A stretch of 64,000 nt of DNA, from the NCBI GenBank assembly GCA_019244185.1, contig JAFATB010000023.1:288001-352000 (forward strand), given 5' to 3'. The notes under the pieces were generated by a model, which saw only the letters and a program-made list of their open reading frames with translations, did not search any database and was not told the origin of the DNA. This stretch comes from Acidobacteriota bacterium (lineage in GTDB: Bacteria > Acidobacteriota > Thermoanaerobaculia > Gp7-AA8). This document shows, one piece after another, positions 27,472 through 36,735 of the stretch (within the stretch, counting starts at the first letter, position 1; each line of letters opens with the position of its first letter). The translations under genes and the position numbers were made by a program.

Positions 27472-30414
27472 GTGAAGCGAGTCATCGCCCTGCTCTTCTT
27501 TGTCCTTTCGGTCGCCGCGCCGGCGTATCCGTTCGGTCAGAACAAGATCGTCTACGACAAGTTCAACTGGAACGTCTACCACTCGACGCACTTCGACGTG
27601 TACTTCTACGAAGAGGAGCGCGGGTCGCTGCAGCGCGTCGTCGACTCGGCCGAGACGGCGTATCTCACGCTCTCGCAGCGCTTCAACTTTCAAATCTCGA
27701 AGAAGATCCCGCTCATCTTCTACGCCACGCACTCCGCGTTCGAGCAGAACAACGTCATGCTCAACTTCATCCCGGAGGCGTACGGCGCGTTCGCCGAGCC
27801 GGTGCGCAACCGCATGGTGCTGCCGGTCGACGTGCCCGACGACAAGCTGCTGCAGCTCGTGCAGCACGAGCTCACGCACGTCTTCGAATACGAGATCCTC
27901 TTCCAGGGCAAGTTCGGCAAGAACGTCACCGCCAATCCGCCGACGTGGCTGATGGAAGGTCTCGCGTCGTACATGGCGCAGGACGAAGACTCGCGCGACC
28001 GCATGGTGCTGCGCGACGCCGTCGTCAACGACCGCATCCCGAAGATCAACCAGAACCCCACCGGCTACTTCGCCTACCGCTTCGGCCACGCCGTCTTCAC
28101 GTACATGCAGCAGCAGTACGGCTGGGAAGGACTGCGCGACTTCGTCTACGAATATCGCAACACGCTCGGCAACAGCGTCGATCGCGCGCTGAAACGCGCG
28201 TTCAACACGACGCCCGACGAATTCGACACGCACCTCCGCTCGTGGCTGCGCAAGCAGTACCTGCCGGCGCTCATCGCCAAAGGCGAGCCGGCGGAGTACG
28301 GCGACGTCTTCAAGATCGATCCGAACAATCCCAGCGATGAGATCGCGCCGTCGCCGTCGCCCTCGGGCGATCTGCTCGTCGCCTTCACGACGTACAAGGA
28401 AGACGTCGACCTCGTTCTCTTCAACAATCCCGAGCGCCGGCTGCTGAAGAACCTCACCGCCGGCTACACGAGCCGCTACGAGTACGCGGTCGTGCAGTCG
28501 TTCACGACGGGCGCGGTCATGGGACGCGACGTGGCGTGGGCGCCGAACGGCGATCAGGTGGCGTTCTTCGTCAAGAAAGAGCGCGGCCGCAATCTCATGC
28601 TGCTCAATCCGCTCAACGGCGAGATCGAGCGTTCGATCGAGATGCCGGTCGAGCAGCAGCTCAGCCCCACGTACTCGCCCGACGGCCGCACGATCGCGTT
28701 CTCGGCGATCCACGGCAACCAGTCGGACATCTATCTGTACGACATCCAGAGCGGCACGCTGACCAATCTCACGAACGACACGTTCTTCGACGGCGCGCCC
28801 GTCTATTCGCCAGACGGCAAGTGGATCATCTACTCGTCGATCGGCGAGCAGTACGCGAAGCTCTATCGCCTCAACCTCGCCAATCCGAAAGAGCGCTATC
28901 AGCTGACGACAGGCGACTGGAACGACATCGACGCGTGGTTCAGCCCCGACGGCAAGCGTCTCTTCTTCTCGTCGGACAAGCAGACCGGCCGCAACATCGG
29001 CGTCGCCTCCGACATCCTCGAGGCGGCGGAGAACGCCGCGAAGCGCGAGAACGACACGCCGAAAGCCGATCCGACGAACTTCGCCGCGTTCAACATCTAC
29101 TCGCTCGATCTCGCCACCGGCGACGTCCTGCAGTACACCGACGTCATCGGCGGCTGCTTCAACCCGGTGGTCTTCATCGGCGCGAACAACAAGGAGCGGA
29201 TGGTCTTCTCGTCGTACTACAAGGGCGACTGGCGCCTCTACGAAACGACCACGGACAAGCCGCTGCACGCCGCCGAGAAGACGACGCTGCCGTCGGGACC
29301 GATCGCCGCCGAGTCGCGCACGTCGTTCCACACGACCTCCGAGTTCTTCATCGACGAGGAGAAGATCGAGAAGTCGCACAGCTCGCGGCTCTTCATCGAC
29401 GACGTGCAGGTGGCGGCGGGCGTCAGCTCCGATCAGCTGTTCGTGTCGCAGTCGACGATCTACATGAGCGACATGCTCGGGAACCACCGCTTCATCGCGT
29501 CGCTCGACTCGGTGTCGACGTTCTCCAACTTCGACTTCCTCTATCTCGACATGCACCGGCGCCTCAACTGGGGCGCGCGCCTCTTCGACGACCGCTCGTT
29601 CTATCTGACGCAGGACCCCGACACCCTCCGGATCGAACGGCAGCAGGGTTACCGGCAGACCGGCGCGATGGGCCTCCTCAGCTATCCGTTCACGCGCTAT
29701 CACCGCATCGACGCCGCCGCCGGCTACGTCAGCCGCGATTACTTCTACCCGCACTTCTTCCCGAATCCGCTGCCGGGCGAGCCGGATCTCGTCGCGTTCC
29801 AGCATCGCCGCGACAGCTTCCCGACGGTGAGCACGACCTTCACCGGCGACAGCACGCAGTGGAAGTTCTTCGGGCCGATCTCCGGACGCCGCTACGAGCT
29901 GAGCGCCGCGTACGCGCCCGACGTGAAAGACGGCGGCACGCTGAGCGGCGACCTGTCGATGGACTGGCGCGAGTATCACCAGCTCAGCTCGCGCACGCTG
30001 CTCGCGACGCGCGTGTACGCGACGTGGTCGGACGGCAACGCGCCGAACTTCGGCTACTTCGGCGGCCTCAATACGCTGCGCGGCTACGACTTCCGTACGC
30101 TCATCGGCCAGCACGCCGGCTTCGCGAACGTGGAGTTCCGCTTCCCGCTCGTCGACGTCCTCGCGACGCCGTTCATCGTGCTGCAGCAGGTGCGCGGCGT
30201 CTTCTTCTTCGACATCGGCGCCGCGCATTTCGACGGCCGCCCGTTCCGCTTCATGCAGGACGGACGTCTCGTCGACCCGAAAGCCTCGCTCGGCTGGGGT
30301 TTCTCGTTCAACCTTCTCGGTCTCAATCTCAACTGGGATTTCGCCAAGCGCTTCGACTTCAAGCAGACCGAGGGCGGGTTCCGGACGAGTTTCTGGATTG
30401 GGGATACGTTCTAG
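27472..30414 (+). CDS. Omp85/BamA-family barrel fused to a zinc-metallopeptidase and a PD40 (TolB-like) propeller
   Basis: GGAGG SD and GTG; HELTH...WLMEGLASY; repeated SPDG blades; LRGYD; terminal IGDTF. Confidence 0.85.
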   Translation: MKRVIALLFFVLSVAAPAYPFGQNKIVYDKFNWNVYHSTHFDVYFYEEERGSLQRVVDSAETAYLTLSQRFNFQISKKIPLIFYATHSAFEQNNVMLNFIPEAYGAFAEPVRNRMVLPVDVPDDKLLQLVQHELTHVFEYEILFQGKFGKNVTANPPTWLMEGLASYMAQDEDSRDRMVLRDAVVNDRIPKINQNPTGYFAYRFGHAVFTYMQQQYGWEGLRDFVYEYRNTLGNSVDRALKRAFNTTPDEFDTHLRSWLRKQYLPALIAKGEPAEYGDVFKIDPNNPSDEIAPSPSPSGDLLVAFTTYKEDVDLVLFNNPERRLLKNLTAGYTSRYEYAVVQSFTTGAVMGRDVAWAPNGDQVAFFVKKERGRNLMLLNPLNGEIERSIEMPVEQQLSPTYSPDGRTIAFSAIHGNQSDIYLYDIQSGTLTNLTNDTFFDGAPVYSPDGKWIIYSSIGEQYAKLYRLNLANPKERYQLTTGDWNDIDAWFSPDGKRLFFSSDKQTGRNIGVASDILEAAENAAKRENDTPKADPTNFAAFNIYSLDLATGDVLQYTDVIGGCFNPVVFIGANNKERMVFSSYYKGDWRLYETTTDKPLHAAEKTTLPSGPIAAESRTSFHTTSEFFIDEEKIEKSHSSRLFIDDVQVAAGVSSDQLFVSQSTIYMSDMLGNHRFIASLDSVSTFSNFDFLYLDMHRRLNWGARLFDDRSFYLTQDPDTLRIERQQGYRQTGAMGLLSYPFTRYHRIDAAAGYVSRDYFYPHFFPNPLPGEPDLVAFQHRRDSFPTVSTTFTGDSTQWKFFGPISGRRYELSAAYAPDVKDGGTLSGDLSMDWREYHQLSSRTLLATRVYATWSDGNAPNFGYFGGLNTLRGYDFRTLIGQHAGFANVEFRFPLVDVLATPFIVLQQVRGVFFFDIGAAHFDGRPFRFMQDGRLVDPKASLGWGFSFNLLGLNLNWDFAKRFDFKQTEGGFRTSFWIGDTF

Positions 30415-30534
30415 GAAAAGCTGAATGAAGAATGCAGAACGCAGAATGAAGAATTCAGAAAGCGCTCCGCGTCTGCGGTCCTCTTTCTGAATTCTTCGTT
30501 CTGCGTTCTGCGTTCTAAATTCGCTTTTTCTGAA
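30415..30534. repeat. Palindromic element with heptamer arms, copy 2; likely bidirectional terminator between convergent genes
   Basis: gaagaat gcagaac gcagaat gaagaat tcagaaag ... ctttctga attcttc gttctgc gttctgc. Confidence 0.85.
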
Positions 30535-31584
30535 TCACGCCGCGCGCGGCCGCTTGCGGCGATCCGCGATCGTCTCGCGGAGGAACTTCAGCAGCGCTTT
30601 CTCTTCCATCGACAGACCGACGCGCACGACCGGGCTGCCTTTGCGCGTCTTGCGCAACGTCTCCAGCGGCCGCCCTTCCATGTACTCGTCGAGGAGGCGC
30701 GGGCAGATGTACGACGAGCGGCAGACCGCGGGAGTGTTGCCGAGCTGCTCGGCCGTGGCCACGATCGCCTTGCGGACGCGGCGCTTGCGCTCGGTCTTGC
30801 TCTCGCCCTGTCCCTGCATCGCCAGCGCGATCGAGCAGAGCAGCGTCCCGGCCCACGTGCGAAAGTCTTTCGCGGTGAACGCATCGCCGATGATCGACTG
30901 GATGTAATCGTTCACGTGGCGGTCCTTCACGTCGACGATGCGGCCGTTCTGCGCGAACTTGAAGAGCTCCGCGCCGCGCGTTTTCTTCAGCTGCGCGACG
31001 ATGGTCGCGACGTCCGGGTCTTTGATCGCGCGTTGCTGTTTCTTCCGCCACTTGCCGACGTAGTCGAACTTCACGACCTTGCCGTCGAGCTTCACGTGCG
31101 AGCCGCGGATCGTCGACAGTCCGAACGTCGACTCGGCCTCGGCACTCTTGTCGTTGCCGATGCGGAAGAACCCCTGATCGATGAGCCGCACCATCGCCGC
31201 CAGGACGCGCGCCCGTTCGAGACCGTCGCCGCCGAGGTCCGCGCGGACGCGGCGGCGGAGCGCGGGGAGGGCTTCGCCGAATTCGACGACGCGGCGGAAC
31301 TTCTCCTCCTCGCGCTGCGCTCGGAAACGCGCGTGGTAGAGGTATTGCGTACGCCCTTTCTTGTCGACGCCGACGGCCTGCAGCGGCGCGGTCTCGCCGC
31401 GCGCGATGCGCACGTCCTGCCACGCGGGCGGGATGCGCAGCTTCGCGATGCGCGCGAGCGTCTTCTCATCCTCCACGAGCGCGCCGCCCGGCAGACGATA
31501 GGCGAACCCTCGCTCCTTCGTCCCCTCGCGGCGCATGCCGTGCAGGTCGAGAACCCAACGGCGACGAACGCCTTTTCCGGCCAT
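30535..31584 (-). CDS. DNA topoisomerase IB (bacterial/poxvirus-like)
   Basis: IPPAW, GRTQYLYH, FRIGN, TAKDFRTW, LGNTPAVCRSSYI (catalytic Tyr). Confidence 0.93.
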   Translation of the reverse strand: MAGKGVRRRWVLDLHGMRREGTKERGFAYRLPGGALVEDEKTLARIAKLRIPPAWQDVRIARGETAPLQAVGVDKKGRTQYLYHARFRAQREEEKFRRVVEFGEALPALRRRVRADLGGDGLERARVLAAMVRLIDQGFFRIGNDKSAEAESTFGLSTIRGSHVKLDGKVVKFDYVGKWRKKQQRAIKDPDVATIVAQLKKTRGAELFKFAQNGRIVDVKDRHVNDYIQSIIGDAFTAKDFRTWAGTLLCSIALAMQGQGESKTERKRRVRKAIVATAEQLGNTPAVCRSSYICPRLLDEYMEGRPLETLRKTRKGSPVVRVGLSMEEKALLKFLRETIADRRKRPRAA

Positions 31585-31616
31585 GCCTGGGCCGCGGATT
31601 TTGCGAGAATGGTGCC

Positions 31617-33308
31617 CTGTCGCCGCTCACGCCGTTCGAACGCCGCGCGGTCGCCGTCACCGCGCTCGCCGTCGCCGTCACCCGCGTCTTCGCGCTCTCG
31701 CGCACGTTGTGGGACTGGGACGAGGTGCAGTTCTGCGCCGCGCTGCGCGAGTACGACGTGCCGCTGCACCACCCGCACCCGCCCGGCTTTCCGCTGTTCG
31801 TGCTCGCCGCGAAGTTCGTGCGCCTCTTCGTGCGCGACGACTTTCATGCGTTGCAGAGCGTGACGTTCATCGCCGCGTGCGCGCTCTTTCCGCTGCTGTT
31901 TTTCGTCGCGCGCGCGCTGCGGTTCGACTTTGCGACCTCGTACGCCGGGGCGCTGTTGTTCGTCTTTTTGCCCGACGTCTGGTTCTACGGCGGCACCGCC
32001 TTCAGCGACATCACCGGCATCGCCGCGATTCTCACCGCGGTGGGCTTGCTGCTGTGGCGCGACGAGACGTTCCTCGCCGGCGCGGCGATGCTCGGCGTCG
32101 CCGCGGCGATCCGTCCGCAGGCGATGCTCTTCGGCGTCGCACCGTTTCTGCTCGCGGCGTGGCGCGCGCGCCAGCGTCCCGGACGCGTCGTCATCGCGGG
32201 CGTGCTTGCCGCGACGATCGTCGTCGCGAGCTACGCCGGCGCGGCCGCGGCGTCGTCTTCGTTCACCGGCTACCGCGACTCCGTGCGTGGCGTGAAGACG
32301 TGGGTGCGCTCGGTCGATGCGTTCACGAATCCGGCGCGTCCGCAGCTGCTCTCGCTCGCCGCGGACTTTTTCGTGCACCCGATGGGCGGCGGCCGCATCG
32401 CGTGGGTGCTCGTCGCGCTCGCGTGCATCGCGCTCGTCGACCGACGCTCGTGGCTCGTCGTCGCGATCTTCGCGCCGTTCGCGGGTTTCGCGTGGCTGAT
32501 GCTCGATCACTACTCGATCCATCGCTATGCGACCGCGTACGTCGCGCTGCACGCGCTGCTCGCCGCGCGCGGCGCGCAAGTCGTGCTGCGCCGCCGCGCG
32601 CTGCAGGTCGCGGCGATCGCGCTGATCGCGTTGCGGTACGCGTGGTGGACCGCGCCCGCGCTCGCAACGGCGCGCACGACGCCGTCGCCGACGTACGCGG
32701 GGATGCAATGGTTGCGCGCGCAACGCGTCCCCATCTACGTGCACGGCTCGCTCGGTCCGTTCGCGAATTACTTCCTGTACGATCGCCCGGTGCTCGTGCT
32801 GCGCGACCTGACGACGCTTCCGCCGGCCGCGCCGCCGCACGCGCTCGCCGCGACGGAAGGCCTCGTCGTCGGCGCGCGCGCCACGTTCGTGCGGCCGTTC
32901 GGCCGCCTCTACGAGCTCGCACGGCAGCGCTACTTCACCGTTTCCGTGCTGCCGCTTTCGAACGTCTGGCAATTCGGCGACGGCTGGTACGACGCGGAAG
33001 AAGACCCGCCGCAGATGTGGCGCTGGATGAGCGCGCGCAGCGTGACCACACTTCCCGCCTTGCGCGCCGCACGCGGACGCTTGACGCTCGCGCTCGCGGC
33101 ACCGAAGCACGAGCAGGCCGACGTCGAGGTGCGCTTCAACGGCGTGCTGCTGGAGCGCTTCCACTGCACGGATATCGCGGTGCCGCGGTCGTGGAGCGTC
33201 CCGTCGCGCGCCTCGAATACGCTCGTGCTCGCGGCGTCGCCGGCGCGGCGCATGGGCAACGATCGGCGCGTGCTCTCCGTACAACTGGTCGGGCTCGGAT
33301 GGGAATGA
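31617..33308 (+). CDS. GT-C membrane glycosyltransferase (PMT/ArnT-like), paralog 1; start inferred at CTG
   Basis: WDWDE, HHPHPPGFP, WFYGGTAFSD; C-terminal GDGWY..E..WRWM domain. Confidence 0.78.
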   Translation: MSPLTPFERRAVAVTALAVAVTRVFALSRTLWDWDEVQFCAALREYDVPLHHPHPPGFPLFVLAAKFVRLFVRDDFHALQSVTFIAACALFPLLFFVARALRFDFATSYAGALLFVFLPDVWFYGGTAFSDITGIAAILTAVGLLLWRDETFLAGAAMLGVAAAIRPQAMLFGVAPFLLAAWRARQRPGRVVIAGVLAATIVVASYAGAAAASSSFTGYRDSVRGVKTWVRSVDAFTNPARPQLLSLAADFFVHPMGGGRIAWVLVALACIALVDRRSWLVVAIFAPFAGFAWLMLDHYSIHRYATAYVALHALLAARGAQVVLRRRALQVAAIALIALRYAWWTAPALATARTTPSPTYAGMQWLRAQRVPIYVHGSLGPFANYFLYDRPVLVLRDLTTLPPAAPPHALAATEGLVVGARATFVRPFGRLYELARQRYFTVSVLPLSNVWQFGDGWYDAEEDPPQMWRWMSARSVTTLPALRAARGRLTLALAAPKHEQADVEVRFNGVLLERFHCTDIAVPRSWSVPSRASNTLVLAASPARRMGNDRRVLSVQLVGLGWE

Positions 33309-35068
33309 CGGAACGCCAGCGGCGGATCCTGCTCGTCGTCGCGATCGCGGTGGCGCTGACGCGGTTCCTCGCCGTCGCGCACAACCTCTTCGACTGGGAC
33401 GAGGGACTTTTCTGCGGCGGCGTCGTCGAATACGACGTCGCGAACCATCATCCGCATCCGCCCGGCTATCCGCTCTTCATCGCCGCCGCGAAGCTCGTGC
33501 ACCTCATCGGCGTTCCGCCGTTTCGCTCGCTGCAGACGATCGTCGTCCTCGGCGCGCTCGCGCTGTTTCCGGCGACCTTCTTCTTCGCGCGAGCTCTCGG
33601 CTTCGCGTTCGCGACCTCCGTCGCCGGCGCCGCGATCTACTGCTTTCTGCCGAACGTCTGGATTTACGGCGGCACCGGCTTCTCCGACATTCCCGCGACC
33701 GCGATCGGCTTCGCCGCCTGCGCGCTCCTGCTGCGCGGACGCGGCGACCGCCGCGCGTACATTCTCGGCGCGATCGTGCTCGGCATCGCCGCGGGCTTTC
33801 GTCCGCCGAATCTCTTCATCGGCGCGGTGCCGGCGCTGGTCGCCACGTGGTCGCGCATCCGCGCGCGCGACTGGCGCGCCGTCGCCACCGCGCTCGTCCT
33901 CGGCGGCGCCATCGCCGGCGCGAGCTACGCCGGCGCCGCGCTCGCATCGAGCTCCATCGACGGCTATCTCGGCGCGCTCCGCTCGCAAAGCAAGTGGGTC
34001 CACGACATCGACTCGTGGCACAACCCGCATCGCGCGCCGCTCTCCGTCGTCGCGCGGATGTTCTTTCTCTGGCCGGTCGAACAGCACGCGCAGATGTTCG
34101 GCCTGGTCTGTCTCGCCATCATCGGCCTGCTCGGCGCGCTGTTCGCCGCGAACAGCCGCCGCGCGGCGCTCCTCGTCGTGGCGACGTTCGTGCCGCTCGC
34201 GATCACGACGTGGCTGAACCTCGACGTGCAGGCCGCGGGACGCTACGCGATTCCGTATCTCGTCGTGCACGCGCTGCTCGCCGCGGAAGGCTTGCGCTGG
34301 ATCACACTGCAACGCACCGGCGTGCAGGCGGCGCTCGCCGGCGCGATCGTGATCGTCTTCTGCGTCTGGACCTGGCCCGCGCTCACGCTGCAGCGCCGCC
34401 GCGACGCGCCGCCGGTCGCCGCGCTGAACTGGATTCGACGCAACGTTCCGCGCGACGCAAAGGTCTACGTCCACGGCGGACTCGGGCCGCTCGCCGACGT
34501 CGTGCTCCACGATCGCCTGCCGATGTACTTCGACTCGCTCGACCAGATCTCGCTGACGAACGGCGACGCGTGGGTGGTCGATCTCAACATCGCGCCGGGC
34601 GCGCACAACTTCGTCTGGCCGCGCCAGCAGCTCTGGAAGATTCTGCGGCGCCGCAACTTCGAGGCGTCGATCAGCCGCCTCTCCGCGCACCTCGTCTTCG
34701 GCAGCGGCTTCTATCCGCAGGAGGGGAGCGGGCTGGACATCTTTCAGTGGATGGGGAAAGAAGGGCGCATCGAGATGCCGGCGTTCCACGGAGACGGCCG
34801 GCTGCATCTCCGGACCTACGTGCCGATCAACACGCTGCCGGCGCATCCGACCATCGAGGTCTGGATGAACGGCAAATTGCTCGATCGCTTCCTCGGCGAC
34901 CGCGACGAGATCGACCGCAGCTGGATCGTGCCGTCGCGCGCCGGCGCGCCGAACGAGCTGCGCATCACCACCAGCGGCGTGGTCAATCCGAAAGCGCTCG
35001 GCAAGTCCGACGACGCGCGCGACCTCGGCCTGCGCATCGACGTGCTCTCATGGACGCCGGTGCGCTGA
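33305..35068 (+). CDS. GT-C membrane glycosyltransferase, paralog 2
   Basis: FDWDE, HHPHPPGYP, WIYGGTGFSD; ATGA coupling to paralog 1. Confidence 0.8.
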   Translation: MTERQRRILLVVAIAVALTRFLAVAHNLFDWDEGLFCGGVVEYDVANHHPHPPGYPLFIAAAKLVHLIGVPPFRSLQTIVVLGALALFPATFFFARALGFAFATSVAGAAIYCFLPNVWIYGGTGFSDIPATAIGFAACALLLRGRGDRRAYILGAIVLGIAAGFRPPNLFIGAVPALVATWSRIRARDWRAVATALVLGGAIAGASYAGAALASSSIDGYLGALRSQSKWVHDIDSWHNPHRAPLSVVARMFFLWPVEQHAQMFGLVCLAIIGLLGALFAANSRRAALLVVATFVPLAITTWLNLDVQAAGRYAIPYLVVHALLAAEGLRWITLQRTGVQAALAGAIVIVFCVWTWPALTLQRRRDAPPVAALNWIRRNVPRDAKVYVHGGLGPLADVVLHDRLPMYFDSLDQISLTNGDAWVVDLNIAPGAHNFVWPRQQLWKILRRRNFEASISRLSAHLVFGSGFYPQEGSGLDIFQWMGKEGRIEMPAFHGDGRLHLRTYVPINTLPAHPTIEVWMNGKLLDRFLGDRDEIDRSWIVPSRAGAPNELRITTSGVVNPKALGKSDDARDLGLRIDVLSWTPVR

Positions 35069-36723
35069 CGCCGCGCGAGCGGCAGGCGTTCGTGCTCGCG
35101 GCGCTCGCCGTCGCGGTCACGCGTTTCCTCGCGATCTCGAAGACGCTCTGGGACTGGGACGAGGCGCTCTTCGCGCTCGCTGTGCGCGACTACGACGTCA
35201 CGCGTTACCACCCGCAGCCGCCCGGCTTCCCGCTGTTCATCGGCGCCGCGAAGCTGCTCGTGCAACTCGCGCACGTCGACGGCTTCCGCGCGCTGCAGAC
35301 GCTGACCGTGCTGTCCTCGCTGTTCGTCTTTCCCGCGGCGTTTCTACTCGCACGTGCGCTGCGGATGCCGTTCTTCGCGTCGATGGCCGCGGCGCTGTTG
35401 CTCGCATTCGCGCCGAACGTCTGGTTCTACGGCGGCACCGCGTTCAGCGACGTGCCGTCGATGGTGCTCGTGCTCTTCGCCTGCGCGCTGTTGCTGCGCG
35501 GGTCGACGCTCGGCGGCGCGACGCTCCTCGGCATCGCCGCCGCGATTCGTCCGCAGAGCGTGCTCATCGCGTTCGTGCCGATGCTGCTCGCGTTCCGCAC
35601 GCGCCGACGCACGGCGTTACAGGGTGCGGCCATCGTCGCGGCGATCGTGATCGTCAGCTACGGCGCGGCGGCGTACGCGAGCGGCGGCTGGGACGCGTAT
35701 CGCGCCGTGCTCGCGCGGCACGAGCAGTACATCCGCGGCGTCGATTCGTTTCTCAGTCCGATCCGGCCATCGCTGCTGCGCGTCGCCGACGACTTCTTCT
35801 TCTGGCCGTATCGAGCGCCGCTGCTGAACGTCGCCATCGTCGCCTTGGCGCTCGCCGGACTCACGCGGCGCCGCGCGTGGCTCGCCGTGGCGATCTTCGC
35901 GCCGTTCGCGCTCTTCGCGTGGCTCTATCTCGACTTCCACAGCGTCAGCCGGTTCTCGATCGGCTACGCGCCGTTGTACGCGCTGCTCGCCGCCGAAGGA
36001 ATCGACCTGACGCGCCGCGCGCGCGGCTTCGTGCTCGCCGCGCTCGTCGGATATGCAGTCGTGCTGATGATGCCGGCGCTCGCGGTCGTGCATCGCACGC
36101 CGTCGCCGCCGGTCGCGGCGATGACGTTCGTGCGCGCGCGCGCGTCGCGGGCGTCGAGCGTGCTGCTCGTCGACGAACGGCTCGCCGCGCACGCGGAGCT
36201 TCTCCTCGCCGATTACGACCGCGAGCTTGTCGCGCTCGCCGCCACCGCCCGCCCGCCCGCGACGATGCACGCGCGCGCCGACGTGCTGGTCGTGCGCGAA
36301 GACGCTGCCGCCGGCGGCGTCGCGTTCATGCGCGCGCGGGCGCCGCTCGCGTCACTCGTGCGTCCGCGCTACTTCGAGACGTCCGTCGCGAACGCGCGAC
36401 GCATCACGTTCGGCGACGGCTGGTACGGCGAGGAAGGCGCGCCGCGCGCGCCGTGGCGGTGGATGGGGCGCGCGTCGCGACTCGAGATTCCCGCCGGCGC
36501 GTCGCGCATCGACATCCGCTTCGCGGTGCCGCTCCCGACGACGATCGTGATCCGCGCGGACGATCGCATCATCGACCACATCACGACGACGCCCGCGACG
36601 GTCGAGCGCACGTGGCATGTCGCGAACGCGCGCACGCTCACGATCGAGACGAGTGCAATCGCGCACGGCCCGCACGATCCGCGCGAGCTCGGGCTGCGCC
36701 TCGATGAGCTCGAGGCGCAGTGA
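35050..36723 (+). CDS. GT-C membrane glycosyltransferase, paralog 3
   Basis: WDWDE, HPQPPGFP, WFYGGTAFSD, GDGWYGEE..WRWM. Confidence 0.8.
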   Translation: MDAGALTPRERQAFVLAALAVAVTRFLAISKTLWDWDEALFALAVRDYDVTRYHPQPPGFPLFIGAAKLLVQLAHVDGFRALQTLTVLSSLFVFPAAFLLARALRMPFFASMAAALLLAFAPNVWFYGGTAFSDVPSMVLVLFACALLLRGSTLGGATLLGIAAAIRPQSVLIAFVPMLLAFRTRRRTALQGAAIVAAIVIVSYGAAAYASGGWDAYRAVLARHEQYIRGVDSFLSPIRPSLLRVADDFFFWPYRAPLLNVAIVALALAGLTRRRAWLAVAIFAPFALFAWLYLDFHSVSRFSIGYAPLYALLAAEGIDLTRRARGFVLAALVGYAVVLMMPALAVVHRTPSPPVAAMTFVRARASRASSVLLVDERLAAHAELLLADYDRELVALAATARPPATMHARADVLVVREDAAAGGVAFMRARAPLASLVRPRYFETSVANARRITFGDGWYGEEGAPRAPWRWMGRASRLEIPAGASRIDIRFAVPLPTTIVIRADDRIIDHITTTPATVERTWHVANARTLTIETSAIAHGPHDPRELGLRLDELEAQ

Positions 36724-36735
36724 ACGCGTGCAAGC

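Noticed and set aside
31535-35068. 1177-aa ORF as a single giant protein (likewise 33847-36723, 39236-41917, 61121-63373)
   Set aside because: The N-terminal parts are off-frame read-through of neighbouring genes; real starts are at 33305, 35050, 40763 and 61525.
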